Notes: generated from the letters alone by a model not told the origin. Shown: positions 14,991 to 24,561, counted from the stretch's first letter. The stretch is 42,930 nucleotides of DNA from a virus (IMGVR_UViG_3300027706_000085:1-42930), one strand, 5' to 3'. Numbers and translations: made by a program.

Positions 14991-16913
14991 TCATCGCACT
15001 ACCTTCCAATTGATTGTTGACGCCGTAGGTGTGACCGCCGCCGCCGTGGGATTGCAGTAGGCGAAATTCACGTTGCCCGCAGTCGGCCATTTCTGAAGTG
15101 TGAGCACGCCTGGATTCGCGCCGACTGCCGCATTGAACGAAGTCTCAATGGTGTCCGTCGTCGAAACACCGCTGGCCGCTACCGTGACCGTTGTGCCGCA
15201 CGCGCCGGAAGCAATCGCGGCTGTGGTCATGGTCGCTGTGCCGCTGGCGATGGTAAGCGTATTCGCATGAGAACCATCGGAAACGATTTGCGAGTTCCAC
15301 GTCAGGCGGTCGCTTGTGTCCTTGGTGAGAGGAATCCATGCACTATTGGCGTGATTGCGCCAGTTGACTTGATCTGCGTCCGCAAACCAGTAGCCGCTGA
15401 ATGGGCCGGCCACCGCTCCACCAAGCGTTACCTGGTTGTATGTAACACCGGTGCTTACCCCTGTCGAAATGCTCGTGAAGTTGGAATCCGTGGTGATGTC
15501 GCGCAGGCTGATTGCAGAAAAAGCAGAATTGGCAATGAGAGCGCTTGGCAGCGCACCTCCCACGGCCAATATCTTTTCCAGGTAGGCCGTAGTCCCAGAA
15601 AAGGCAGAATTAAGAAGCGTTCCGCCAGTTACCCCGTTGTACTGGCAGTAGCCCCCGCTCCATTTGATGTTACGCGCCGTGGTTGCAGTGTTCGGAACAT
15701 TGATTACGCTGGTGTTGTTGCCCGTAAGTTCCGTGTAAACATTCGTCAGAAGCACGCCATTGGCGTTGTTGACCGTGATGTTGGAAGCCGTCCCAGTATC
15801 CTGCTCGATGTTCCCGCCGTAGTAGGTGAACATCGTAGTGGTGTGCGTAGAATCGCCAATCTGGATATTACTCGTCGAGCTGTTGTAGATATGGCAGGCG
15901 ACGCATTGGACATCGTTGGCGAATAGCGTTTGCAGGCCGATTACCTGATTTCCAATGCGGACATTTTCCAGGTAGGTGTCGATGGTCGCCGAGCCTGTCG
16001 TGTTGTTTCCAATGCGTACTGCGGCGGTGGAAAAACTGCTTTGCTCGATGGCGACATTCTTAATCCGCACGTCATACTGGCCGTTGAAAATGTCAATGGC
16101 TATCGTCCCGGTGCCATTGTGCTTGATGTTCAGATTCTCAATGATGGAACCTGACGAAGCTCCGGCGGTTCCGTTCACCACTATGGTCGCGGATGCGCCA
16201 CCCGTCCAGTTAATCGTTGTCCCTGGAAGGTTCAAGCCGCCCATCGCGCCCGAAAGATGAACGGGCTTATTGATGACGATTTGCGAAGCGCATGCGAACG
16301 TTCCAGGCGGCAGAAGAATCCATCCGCCATTTGCAGGCAAATCGGCAATGGCCGCATTGATGCCTGCTCCGATGTCGGTCTGACTGTACTTATTCCCATC
16401 GATAAATTTCACGTCATTGATGTTGTAGGCCGTAATCGTATTCTGCCCCGCCGTAGCGGTAAGGTTGCCGGAAAAGGTGTTGTTTCCGGAAAAGGTGTTG
16501 TTTCCGGAAAACGTATTGTTTGCGCTGGTGGCAATGCAGGTCGTCCCGGGGATGCAGGAGATCACAAAAACATAAGGCCCTTGCGGAGAAGAGATGCCCG
16601 CTCCGCTTACTGTGTAGGTGTAGCTGCCCGGCGCGGCAAAGAACGCAGGGATGTTGCCCAGGCCGTCAGTAGTCAATGGATTCGCCAGCGGCACGGTGAG
16701 AGCCGCATCGCTGAAAATACTGACTGTGTTTGTGCAGGGATTACCAACGGCTGGATACCCGCAAACAGTGATGGTCGCGCCAGACTTAGGCGCTCCGGTT
16801 GGGCCAAAGACGGGGCCGATTACGCCCGGGCCGCCCTGAGCAAAAGCTGAGCTTCCGCAGAGCAGAAGAAAGAACGCGAGGATAGACAGCTTTCCTGTGC
16901 GAGACTCTACCAT
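14991..16913 (-). CDS. Tailspike-like beta-helix protein with Sec signal peptide
   Basis: MVESRTGKLSILAFFLLLCGSSAFA|QGG; SDAALTVPLANPLTTDGLG head-binding-like motif; (SGNNTF)3 shaft; INAAIADLPANGGWILLPPGTF pectate-lyase-like motif. Confidence 0.8.
   Translation of the reverse strand: MVESRTGKLSILAFFLLLCGSSAFAQGGPGVIGPVFGPTGAPKSGATITVCGYPAVGNPCTNTVSIFSDAALTVPLANPLTTDGLGNIPAFFAAPGSYTYTVSGAGISSPQGPYVFVISCIPGTTCIATSANNTFSGNNTFSGNNTFSGNLTATAGQNTITAYNINDVKFIDGNKYSQTDIGAGINAAIADLPANGGWILLPPGTFACASQIVINKPVHLSGAMGGLNLPGTTINWTGGASATIVVNGTAGASSGSIIENLNIKHNGTGTIAIDIFNGQYDVRIKNVAIEQSSFSTAAVRIGNNTTGSATIDTYLENVRIGNQVIGLQTLFANDVQCVACHIYNSSTSNIQIGDSTHTTTMFTYYGGNIEQDTGTASNITVNNANGVLLTNVYTELTGNNTSVINVPNTATTARNIKWSGGYCQYNGVTGGTLLNSAFSGTTAYLEKILAVGGALPSALIANSAFSAISLRDITTDSNFTSISTGVSTGVTYNQVTLGGAVAGPFSGYWFADADQVNWRNHANSAWIPLTKDTSDRLTWNSQIVSDGSHANTLTIASGTATMTTAAIASGACGTTVTVAASGVSTTDTIETSFNAAVGANPGVLTLQKWPTAGNVNFAYCNPTAAAVTPTASTINWKVVR
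16467..16520. repeat. 3 x 18-bp coding repeat (S-G/A-N-N-T-F)
   Basis: ccggaaaaggtgttgttt x2 plus ccggaaaacgtattgttt. Confidence 0.9.
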
Positions 16914-16992
16914 CTTCGCTTTCCTTTCGTCAAGCACTTTCGTAAAAGATTCGCCACTAGGAATTGTGGGGTGGTTTCCGGTCATTTCGTCC

Positions 16993-17029
16993 TTGCGTGG
17001 CTACGGGGCATGCGAGTAACCTCAGGTTC
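16993..17029 (+). promoter_or_regulatory. Leaderless sigma70-like promoter for antisense moron 17030
   Basis: TTGCGT-N18-TAACCT-N7-ATG. Confidence 0.6.
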
Positions 17030-17176
17030 ATGTCTCCGCTGTGGCGCGTCATTACGTGGCCCCTTCGCGTATACGCTTTTGTTTGCGTTGTGCTGTTTAT
17101 CGCCATGCCAATTTGGATTTACAGATGGATAAGGCGCAAGATTACTTCTTCTCCAAGTCGCGCAATATCCGGTTAG
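17030..17176 (+). CDS. Small membrane protein (superinfection-exclusion candidate)
   Basis: MSPLWRVITWPLRVYAFVCVVLFIAMPIWIYRWIRRK; antisense, immediately after the last ejection gene. Confidence 0.6.
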   Translation: MSPLWRVITWPLRVYAFVCVVLFIAMPIWIYRWIRRKITSSPSRAISG

Positions 17177-18542
17177 CATAGGCTTGTTCTTCAGGCGTCC
17201 CCTCGCGCGAAAGTTTCCGCAGTCGCTCCATATCTAGCGATGCTTCTTGTGCCATCCATTCCGGCACGCCCTGCGCTCTTGACTTTTGCAGAAGATCAGC
17301 TCTTGCTTGCGATCGGATGCCAAGTTTCGGACTTACACTCCGACCTAGCGGCGTTTCCGGCGCTGGTAGCGCAACTCGCTCCCTTACACCGCTGAATTCC
17401 TCACTTGGAATGCGCGTGGGCAATCGTGGTACAGATCGTCCCTCTCGGGGGACCATGCCTGCCGCAAACTGCATGCCGCGTTCGCTGGCGCGGACTTTGG
17501 CGATGCGTGCCAGTTGCGCCTCCGAAGCAGCCTCACCTGGTGTAAGAATGAGGGAACCTGCGGGTCGTGCAACGTTTTCCATTGCTTCGCCGCCTGACGG
17601 CGCAAGGGCTCTCCTGAATCTCGGTACAAATATCACATTAGGTGCTGGCGCCGCCGTTCCCGCGATTGGCAACTTTGCGCTGCCCAATGGAGTCGCGCTG
17701 GATGTCATGCCCTCAAATGGCGTTGGCCTTCCCTGTAAGGGATCGGGGGCTATTGGCCGCTTCGGTATAAGCGCATCTGCGACATTCCGTCCTAGCACAA
17801 ATCCCATAAGTTCCCCGCCGGGAATACCCGTCATGTGGCCGAGCGCAGCGCCGCCAGCTTGAGCCAGCGACCTAGTTCCCGGCGTTAGAGAACCTTTTTC
17901 AGTGCGCAATTTCGCTCCAATGTAATCAGAGCTTTTCCCTATCAGTGGTTCTGCGACGCGAGCAATACCTCTGGCCACCGGCTTGATAGCCTCTGCTGTT
18001 GCAGCTTGGGCTGTTCCTTGCGCCAATGCCCCGCCAACGTCACCCTGTCCAGCCTGCTCACCTAAGCCTGCCGCCCATGGTCCCACTAGCGGCAGTGCGG
18101 CTGCGATAGAATGCCCGATGGATTGGAGGGGCTTCCCTGCTGCTCCATATTGTGCAGCAATCGCGTTTTCACGATATGCAGGGTCGAAAATGTACTTGTT
18201 GGCAAGCCAATTGAGCTTTTGTCCCTCCGTTTTCCCTGCTGGGAGCAGTGCGTCCTTTCCGAATTGATAAGCTCCGGTGACCATTCCCTTCAGGCCTTGC
18301 TTTGTTTGCTGATAGAGATTGGATGGCGTAAATCCGTAATAACCAGGAACAGGAGGATGCTCGCGCTCGAAATCTGTCGGCTGGTCCTGTCCTCGAATGT
18401 GCATGAGGTACGCTGCTTGGTCACGCGGCGTAGCTTTCGCAAAGTCAGGGTCGACCTGCTTTAGATATGCCGCTTGGTCCTGCGGATTCGCTTTCAGGAA
18501 CTCAGGGTCGGTTCTGTAATCGTATTGCTGGCCGTCAGGCAT
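17142..18542 (-). CDS. Putative DNA ejection/internal virion protein
   Basis: A/G/Q-rich helical protein with DPEFLKA...Q.AYL repeats; position analogous to P22 gp16/gp20. Confidence 0.6.
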   Translation of the reverse strand: MPDGQQYDYRTDPEFLKANPQDQAAYLKQVDPDFAKATPRDQAAYLMHIRGQDQPTDFEREHPPVPGYYGFTPSNLYQQTKQGLKGMVTGAYQFGKDALLPAGKTEGQKLNWLANKYIFDPAYRENAIAAQYGAAGKPLQSIGHSIAAALPLVGPWAAGLGEQAGQGDVGGALAQGTAQAATAEAIKPVARGIARVAEPLIGKSSDYIGAKLRTEKGSLTPGTRSLAQAGGAALGHMTGIPGGELMGFVLGRNVADALIPKRPIAPDPLQGRPTPFEGMTSSATPLGSAKLPIAGTAAPAPNVIFVPRFRRALAPSGGEAMENVARPAGSLILTPGEAASEAQLARIAKVRASERGMQFAAGMVPREGRSVPRLPTRIPSEEFSGVRERVALPAPETPLGRSVSPKLGIRSQARADLLQKSRAQGVPEWMAQEASLDMERLRKLSREGTPEEQAYANRILRDLEKK

Positions 18543-19849
18543 TACTGTTTCGCCTTCCATTGCCTAAACGTGGGAATCGCTCCCGACTGGCTGGGCGCCG
18601 CTTGTCCGCCCGCTTCTGCCACATCCTGGTCAATGGCGGAGAGCTTCTTCTTGGTATCCGCAAGAATGCGCCGCTGCGTCAACACATCTGGCGCGTCAAT
18701 CAGCGACTGTTGCGCCTCGTCCAGAATGGCGCTCTTCTTGCGCAGCAGTTCGCTACGCTTATTAATCAGGCTCTTGATTTGTCCGCGCTGCGCTTCGGTA
18801 ATGCTCAAGCCCTTGCTGGGATCGAGTTGCCACTTGTTTAGAGCGGCCTTCAATGCCTCAAAGTTTGTGCGTCCGCCAACGATGCGGGAGATTTCCGCTT
18901 CATTCATGCGCAAGCCTGAACCTTGTCCACCGGCCATAGCAGTCAGTAGCTCAGGGGCGATAAGCGAGTCGGCTTGCGGCGTTCGCTCATTGATGCTCAG
19001 TTCCAGCCGGGACACGCGGTCCAACGCATCGGCAATAGGCTTCCCAATGGTGGAGAGCTGGCCAGTGATGAATTTGTACCCGTTGTCTAGTCTGGTGTCG
19101 CCAGCGCCCGGGGCCGCGACGGGCAGTTTTGAAGGCCCCATGTCTTTGATGATGTCGCCTGTGTCCTCATCCACAAGGACCTTGTGATTCTCGCCCTTAA
19201 CGCTCAGGTCCGTGAGGGCTGTGCGGCGTTTTGCTGGAGCGCCCGGCAGGGGCTGCGTGCCAGTAAGGTTTCCGTTCTCATCCCATACACCCTGCAATCC
19301 CTTGCCGCGCAGCACGCCCTCTACCTGATTTCGGTGTTCAAGGGCTAATGCGCTCTGCTTACTCTGCTCTAAGTCAGGCCGTTGTGAGAAGAAATCCGCC
19401 TGTGCGGAATGCAGCCTGTTTGTGATGTCCTGCGTCTGCATCTGTCGATTGCGGTCAATGATTCCCGCAAGCAGGTTGTACTGCTGCATGAGCGGCTGAA
19501 TCTGGCGCTGCCGCTGGTAGTCTCCGGTGATGACGGAGCCCAGAGTAGGGTTGCGAGCGCCGACAAAACTTCCAAGAATCGCCCGCCAAGTGGGGATACT
19601 CTGTGGCTGCAGAGCTGCTCGCAGGCGATTCCCTACGTTCTCGAAGTCTTGATACTCTTGCGTGCCTTGGATGGAGGGTTGAGGCATGGAAGGGTGCATG
19701 GCCAGAGAATATGCTCCGCCAGCGTCCGGCTGCATGTTGAATGTTGGCGCGACAGGCAGTTCATCGTCCGTGCCGCTGCCTCCATAGGCCACATCCCATA
19801 CCGGATTGTTGAATCGGAATCTGGGGTCTAATGCGTTAAGCGTTGCCAT
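18542..19849 (-). CDS. Putative DNA ejection/internal virion protein
   Basis: Q-rich helical protein in the ejection block. Confidence 0.6.
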   Translation of the reverse strand: MATLNALDPRFRFNNPVWDVAYGGSGTDDELPVAPTFNMQPDAGGAYSLAMHPSMPQPSIQGTQEYQDFENVGNRLRAALQPQSIPTWRAILGSFVGARNPTLGSVITGDYQRQRQIQPLMQQYNLLAGIIDRNRQMQTQDITNRLHSAQADFFSQRPDLEQSKQSALALEHRNQVEGVLRGKGLQGVWDENGNLTGTQPLPGAPAKRRTALTDLSVKGENHKVLVDEDTGDIIKDMGPSKLPVAAPGAGDTRLDNGYKFITGQLSTIGKPIADALDRVSRLELSINERTPQADSLIAPELLTAMAGGQGSGLRMNEAEISRIVGGRTNFEALKAALNKWQLDPSKGLSITEAQRGQIKSLINKRSELLRKKSAILDEAQQSLIDAPDVLTQRRILADTKKKLSAIDQDVAEAGGQAAPSQSGAIPTFRQWKAKQ

Positions 19850-19855
19850 GCTGCC

Positions 19856-20134
19856 TCACAGGAGAAAGCCTGCTACTCTGCCCAAGCCTCCAAGAAATCC
19901 GCCGCGGCCAGCTTGCCCTGCCAATCCACCGAGAAGCATATTCCTGCCGCTGCGCTGTCCTTGCGCTCCGGCGCGGAAGGCCTGCATAAAACTAGGAGCT
20001 TCGGGCTGCTGGTTGTCGGGAGTAAACCCGCCGCTTGGCTCAAGGCCGGAGCCAAGGTCTGGAGCATCGGGCTCGGGAAGATAGCTCTGCGCCTTCCGTA
20101 TCGGTGACTGCATTCCGCCCATGAAACTGAACAT
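19856..20134 (-). CDS. Gly-rich small virion protein
   Basis: Coupled ORF; Gly-zipper-like C-terminus. Confidence 0.6.
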   Translation of the reverse strand: MFSFMGGMQSPIRKAQSYLPEPDAPDLGSGLEPSGGFTPDNQQPEAPSFMQAFRAGAQGQRSGRNMLLGGLAGQAGRGGFLGGLGRVAGFLL

Positions 20135-20718
20135 TAGATAATTCCTCCAAGGCTCGAACCGAGGCTCGACATAAAACTATCGCCGAATCCAGGATGCCCT
20201 TTCACGATTCCATAGGTGCCAACGCTCTGGCCCACAAGCTGGTTCTGCAACTGATTCAGGCTGTTCAGGAAGCTGGTGTCCACGCCATAGAGTTGCGCGA
20301 TTCCCTGCAAGCCAATCATCTTCCGGCGCAAGGCTTCATCCGCGAAATCTTTCTGATTTTGCAATTCCTGCTGAGCCATCGCCTGGCCCTTTTGTCGGCT
20401 GAGGCTGCGCATGAAGGAACCATAGCCTGCCGCGTTCCCCGTTCGCGCCATACGCCGCGAAGCAGCATCTGCCGCCGCACCCGCAGAGCTGCCAATCGTT
20501 CCAAGCGTGCTCTGCTCAATGGCGCTCTTCTCTTGCGGAGAATAGCCGGAATTGAGCAGCGACGTGTAGCCTGGCATGAGAGCGCCAAACTCAGAACTGC
20601 GCTGGCCGAGCGTGGGCCGCCCAAGAGAAGCTAAGAAGCTAGACTGCTGGCCGAGAGTCCTGTCAATTCCCTTGCGGCTGCCTGAATCAAATGAAATGCC
20701 TGGATAGAATCCGCCCAT
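20134..20718 (-). CDS. Putative DNA pilot/ejection protein (gp7-like)
   Basis: G/S/Q-rich with ARTGNAAG and a C-terminal SLGSSLGG. Confidence 0.6.
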   Translation of the reverse strand: MGGFYPGISFDSGSRKGIDRTLGQQSSFLASLGRPTLGQRSSEFGALMPGYTSLLNSGYSPQEKSAIEQSTLGTIGSSAGAAADAASRRMARTGNAAGYGSFMRSLSRQKGQAMAQQELQNQKDFADEALRRKMIGLQGIAQLYGVDTSFLNSLNQLQNQLVGQSVGTYGIVKGHPGFGDSFMSSLGSSLGGII

Positions 20719-20730
20719 ATATGAGTCACC

Positions 20731-21261
20731 CTATAACAGCGATACTTTTGTTCGTATCGTTCCGCTGTTTACGTAGCCGTATCCCGGAATCTGTGATTGC
20801 CCGCTGCCCTGCGATGGGGAAAGCGCCGGACCGCCCGATGCTGTCGAGAGTTGGCCCGGATTGACCGCTGTTGGCGGATTGCCGAATGTAATCCGGTTGC
20901 TCAGGCCGCCGAGTTTTGTGCTCTTGTACCAGCGCCAGTAGGTTGTCTGTCCCGCAAGCGTCGAAGTGCGGTAGTTCCTTGCAGGCCCAAGAGGAATTAC
21001 ATGCGCATCGGCAAAAGACGGAACGGTTGCATATTCCAGGAAGTAGTCCTGTCCCTGCTCTGGATGCTTGTCAGTGATTTGCACGTCAATCACGCCATTG
21101 GAACCTGTCGCATTGATGCTTCCTTGCGCCTGCGGATCTTCCACACCCCCCAGTGCTGCCAGAATCAGGTTCATGTGTGCCTGCACTTTCTGTAAATCCT
21201 CATAAAGTCCCGGATTGTCACTGCGGACTGAAACGATGTTCTTGAGTGTCAGAGGCTTCAT
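20731..21261 (-). CDS. Putative tail/virion structural protein
   Basis: ATG 21261 (MKPLTLKN...) coupled to the upstream stop; Fn3-like C-half. Confidence 0.65.
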   Translation of the reverse strand: MKPLTLKNIVSVRSDNPGLYEDLQKVQAHMNLILAALGGVEDPQAQGSINATGSNGVIDVQITDKHPEQGQDYFLEYATVPSFADAHVIPLGPARNYRTSTLAGQTTYWRWYKSTKLGGLSNRITFGNPPTAVNPGQLSTASGGPALSPSQGSGQSQIPGYGYVNSGTIRTKVSLL

Positions 21262-24209
21262 GCGTTGATGCCTCGAACGGGCGCGTAAGGCGACTTCGCC
21301 GCGTAAATCGTGAACCCTTGGAGGCTGAAATTGTCTCCGGCAGCGTCCGTGCCAAACTTGATCGCCATGCGGTAGCCCTGTTTCTGTATTTGCCGCTCCA
21401 TATTGGTATATCCGAGGCTGGAAAGCGTCCACGAACGCAAAACGGTGACGTTTGTCTGATCGCCGCGCAATAAAGTTAGATTGCAGTTCCCTGAACCAAC
21501 GACATTGGCCGCGATATAGCCATAATTCATGCGGATTCCGCTCTGGAAGTAGCCTGATTGCCAGTAGGAATTGATGGCTGCCCCATCGTCGGAATGCACG
21601 GTATCGTCGAGCTTGTAGATCGCGCCATTCCCTGCTCCATTGCCAAGGAAAAGCGGCAGCGTGCCATCGGACCGCAGAATCAGGTTCATGGAATTGGCTT
21701 GAATCGCCCAGGGCGACCACTTCCGGCCTACTCCATCCTGTAATTCTCCGAAGCCTTCGGTATAGTCGAGCGTAAGAATCTTGTTTGGCGCAGTTGCGGA
21801 GCCATATGGAACCGAAATATAGATGCGCTTGCGCCGCACATCCACTACTGTCTCCACCAAATAACCATACGTCCAATTGATGGCATCCCAAGTAGGCTGA
21901 ATTTCCTGTGAAATCTTCTGCGGAATGCCGCCGTCGAAGAGGTACACACCGTCTTGCGCGGCGATAACGGCCCACTCGTCTCCCAAGCCTATGCCTTTGA
22001 CGCTTGGCGTGCCGACTTTCGAGGAAATTTGCTGAATGTCCCAGCTCGAGGGCTCGTTTACTCCGTCGTCCTGTGTGACGTACAGGCTGCGCTCTTTCGC
22101 AAAGTACAGATTATTGCGGATGACAAACGCGGAAGTGACGCGCGTTCCGTCGCCCTGAGCCACTTGCAGGAAGCCCGTCACTCCGTCATAGCTTTCGGGG
22201 TCTTCTACCTTCGACGCCCTTACCGTGGAAGCATCAGAATTAGGCTGATTCGTGGGATAAATCTCGATGCAGTCAATCAGGAATGCGCCGTTGTTCGTCG
22301 GGGTGCCATCCGCATAGATTTGCAGCACCAAGTCTGAAGGAATGGTCGCCTGGGCCGTAAGCAGCACCGCGGTGAACTCCTGATACCACGTCGCAAGCTG
22401 AGTGGATGTCACGGAAATGCCAGTAGTTGTGAAGCCTCCCGTCGTGCTCTTTGCATTTATGTGGAGCGTACCGGCTGCAAGCGTGCTGTTTTTGGCAAGT
22501 CGAACGCGGATACTGTATCCCGTGTTAACGCTTAGTATCGCGTTGCCATCTGCATCTTGATAAAGGGACTGTGTGATTTTCCCTCGCGTTGGCGTCACGC
22601 CGTTGCCTACGATTGCATAGGCATCCCCGGAATATGCCGGGTAGCCTTGCGCAAGGGCTGATGCGCCTCCGGCAGAAAAGGTGGCGTCTTGTACCCAGCC
22701 ATGAGGAAAGTTCGGCAAGCTGCCTGGATTCGTGAATCCACCATCAAAACCAACGTTCAGAAGATTCTGGAGTTGATTCCGTTCGCCCCACCAGAACAGA
22801 CGGCTTGAATAGCTGACATTGCCGGAGCATTCTCCCAATACATTCAGGTCGAACAGGGCATCCACATTAGTTCCAGCAAGCAGCGTCGCATCGGAAAAAT
22901 CAAGCGTGATCGCAGTGGTTGTGTTGTCGGCGATAACCATGCTGGCGCTGAGTACGCCGGTCAGACCACCCGTTGTATAAAAGAAATTGTCTCCGCCTGC
23001 TGGAGTGAAACACACAATCCGCGAAATCACATTGGGGGGACCAATCGGGATATTGGACACAACGACGCGCTTTGATCCTGCAGCCGTCCATTTGTTCGCT
23101 GGGGCAGGTCGTGTTAGATAGCCGTTGCGTGTGACGAAAATTACGGAGACTTGATGCACGCCAGCGACAACGTTACCCGCGTTGGTAACCGTTCCGCCGC
23201 CAGATGCGGCTAGCCCGAATGCCCCCGTTCCCAGATACACGAAAATGGATGTAGAACCAACGGGATAACTTCCGCCAGTTCCAGGTGTTCCGCCGAAGAT
23301 GTTTCCTCGGATTACCTGACTGGCGACGTTATAGCCACCCACTGCTACTCCCGCGACAGTGACGATTTGCCCATCTGAATAGGAGGTCGGTACGCTGCCA
23401 GACGACGGAACATATTGCACAATGCCGAAATTGCACGTACCCCCGCCGCTTGGAGCCAAGCCGCTGGTGCTCGCCACATATTGAATCTGCGTTGCGCTGA
23501 TGATTGCAGAGATTGTCCATGTGCCGTTATAGCCTGCAACGCCAGCTCCTGTAATCTGGATGGAATCGCCCACCTTGGAGAATGCCGTTCCATTATTCGA
23601 TGGAAGCAGGGTAAGGGTTACAACGTAGCCGCTCTGCGTCAATCCATTCGCGGGAATGGATGCGCTCTGCGCAATTGCTCCATTCGGAGCAGCGGCAATC
23701 GCCCAGTTTACGGACTCATCCGCCGCCCCCGGAGCTACTCCCGGCCCTTCCTGGCTCACCCTGTCGAGGTTCGCGTCGTCAAACTGCCGCGGAATATCTA
23801 CTCCAAACGAGCCATCTCCAAAGGCCAGGTACTCTCGCGTGAACGCCGAGCAGCTAGAACAGTAGTTCGAGCTGATGGACTGCGACACGATATTGAGCGT
23901 GCCTTCTGGATTTTCCTTATATAGTACAGCGCCAGAATTGGAGAGGCTTGCAATGCCCGGCGTCAGCGCGAGCATGCGATCTTGCAGGAGGGAATTGATG
24001 TATGTCTTGAGGTAGTTGACTTTTACCGTGCCGCCGCCGATGGGCGAGAACGGCGTGGACAAGCCGGGCCTCGACCTGACAAGGCCCGGCAGAAATTCCA
24101 CGTCCTGGCAATCAGGAGACGCCCAGACAGGCAGATTGGTGGGGTCCACATTGGTGATGAGCCCACCAAATGTCTTGACTGGCTGTATCCCGTATTCCGC
24201 AGTAGGCAA
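21258..24209 (-). CDS. Tail hub/nozzle protein (P22 gp10 / T7 tubular B-like) with inserted beta domains
   Basis: FGGLITNVDP...SPDCQDVEF...RSRPG N-terminus; C-terminal propeller-type motifs (QDGVYLFDGG, KISQEIQPTW). Confidence 0.75.
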   Translation of the reverse strand: MPTAEYGIQPVKTFGGLITNVDPTNLPVWASPDCQDVEFLPGLVRSRPGLSTPFSPIGGGTVKVNYLKTYINSLLQDRMLALTPGIASLSNSGAVLYKENPEGTLNIVSQSISSNYCSSCSAFTREYLAFGDGSFGVDIPRQFDDANLDRVSQEGPGVAPGAADESVNWAIAAAPNGAIAQSASIPANGLTQSGYVVTLTLLPSNNGTAFSKVGDSIQITGAGVAGYNGTWTISAIISATQIQYVASTSGLAPSGGGTCNFGIVQYVPSSGSVPTSYSDGQIVTVAGVAVGGYNVASQVIRGNIFGGTPGTGGSYPVGSTSIFVYLGTGAFGLAASGGGTVTNAGNVVAGVHQVSVIFVTRNGYLTRPAPANKWTAAGSKRVVVSNIPIGPPNVISRIVCFTPAGGDNFFYTTGGLTGVLSASMVIADNTTTAITLDFSDATLLAGTNVDALFDLNVLGECSGNVSYSSRLFWWGERNQLQNLLNVGFDGGFTNPGSLPNFPHGWVQDATFSAGGASALAQGYPAYSGDAYAIVGNGVTPTRGKITQSLYQDADGNAILSVNTGYSIRVRLAKNSTLAAGTLHINAKSTTGGFTTTGISVTSTQLATWYQEFTAVLLTAQATIPSDLVLQIYADGTPTNNGAFLIDCIEIYPTNQPNSDASTVRASKVEDPESYDGVTGFLQVAQGDGTRVTSAFVIRNNLYFAKERSLYVTQDDGVNEPSSWDIQQISSKVGTPSVKGIGLGDEWAVIAAQDGVYLFDGGIPQKISQEIQPTWDAINWTYGYLVETVVDVRRKRIYISVPYGSATAPNKILTLDYTEGFGELQDGVGRKWSPWAIQANSMNLILRSDGTLPLFLGNGAGNGAIYKLDDTVHSDDGAAINSYWQSGYFQSGIRMNYGYIAANVVGSGNCNLTLLRGDQTNVTVLRSWTLSSLGYTNMERQIQKQGYRMAIKFGTDAAGDNFSLQGFTIYAAKSPYAPVRGINA

Positions 24210-24213
24210 CGTC

Positions 24214-24561
24214 TTACCTCAACGGGAAGCAGAATGTTCCAACAATCGTGTCGCCCGTTACGCCTGCGGGATAAGCGCCTGCGCCCAGTTCGGCGAAGGG
24301 CGATGAAACCGCAGCGCCAGTCTGAAACACTTTCACCTTGTGGGCGGTGTTGTCAGTGCCGGGAACGAAGCAGTACTGAAATCCCGCCTGCCCTTCGATC
24401 TGCGCAAAGCCCTTGATAGGAACCTTGCCTGTCTTCACGAGCGAAGCGATGTTCAGCGTATCGCCGCCGCTCGAATAGCTGCCGCTGGCGGTAATGCTGA
24501 GTGAAACCCAGTACCGCTTTCCGTCATACCATTCATCATTTTTCGTTACTGCGAGTGCCAT
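24214..24561 (-). CDS. Small virion (decoration-like) protein
   Basis: SGSYSSGGDT...ELGAGAYPAG beta-rich; strong RBS. Confidence 0.65.
   Translation of the reverse strand: MALAVTKNDEWYDGKRYWVSLSITASGSYSSGGDTLNIASLVKTGKVPIKGFAQIEGQAGFQYCFVPGTDNTAHKVKVFQTGAAVSSPFAELGAGAYPAGVTGDTIVGTFCFPLR

Noticed and set aside
14790-17228. Diversity-generating retroelement TR/VR pair
   Set aside because: Differences between the copies are synonymous and not adenine-specific; no reverse transcriptase present.
20731-21975. 414-aa ORF as given in the track
   Set aside because: The first ~240 codons overlap the hub gene out of frame and look like noise; the coupled ATG at 21261 is the credible start.
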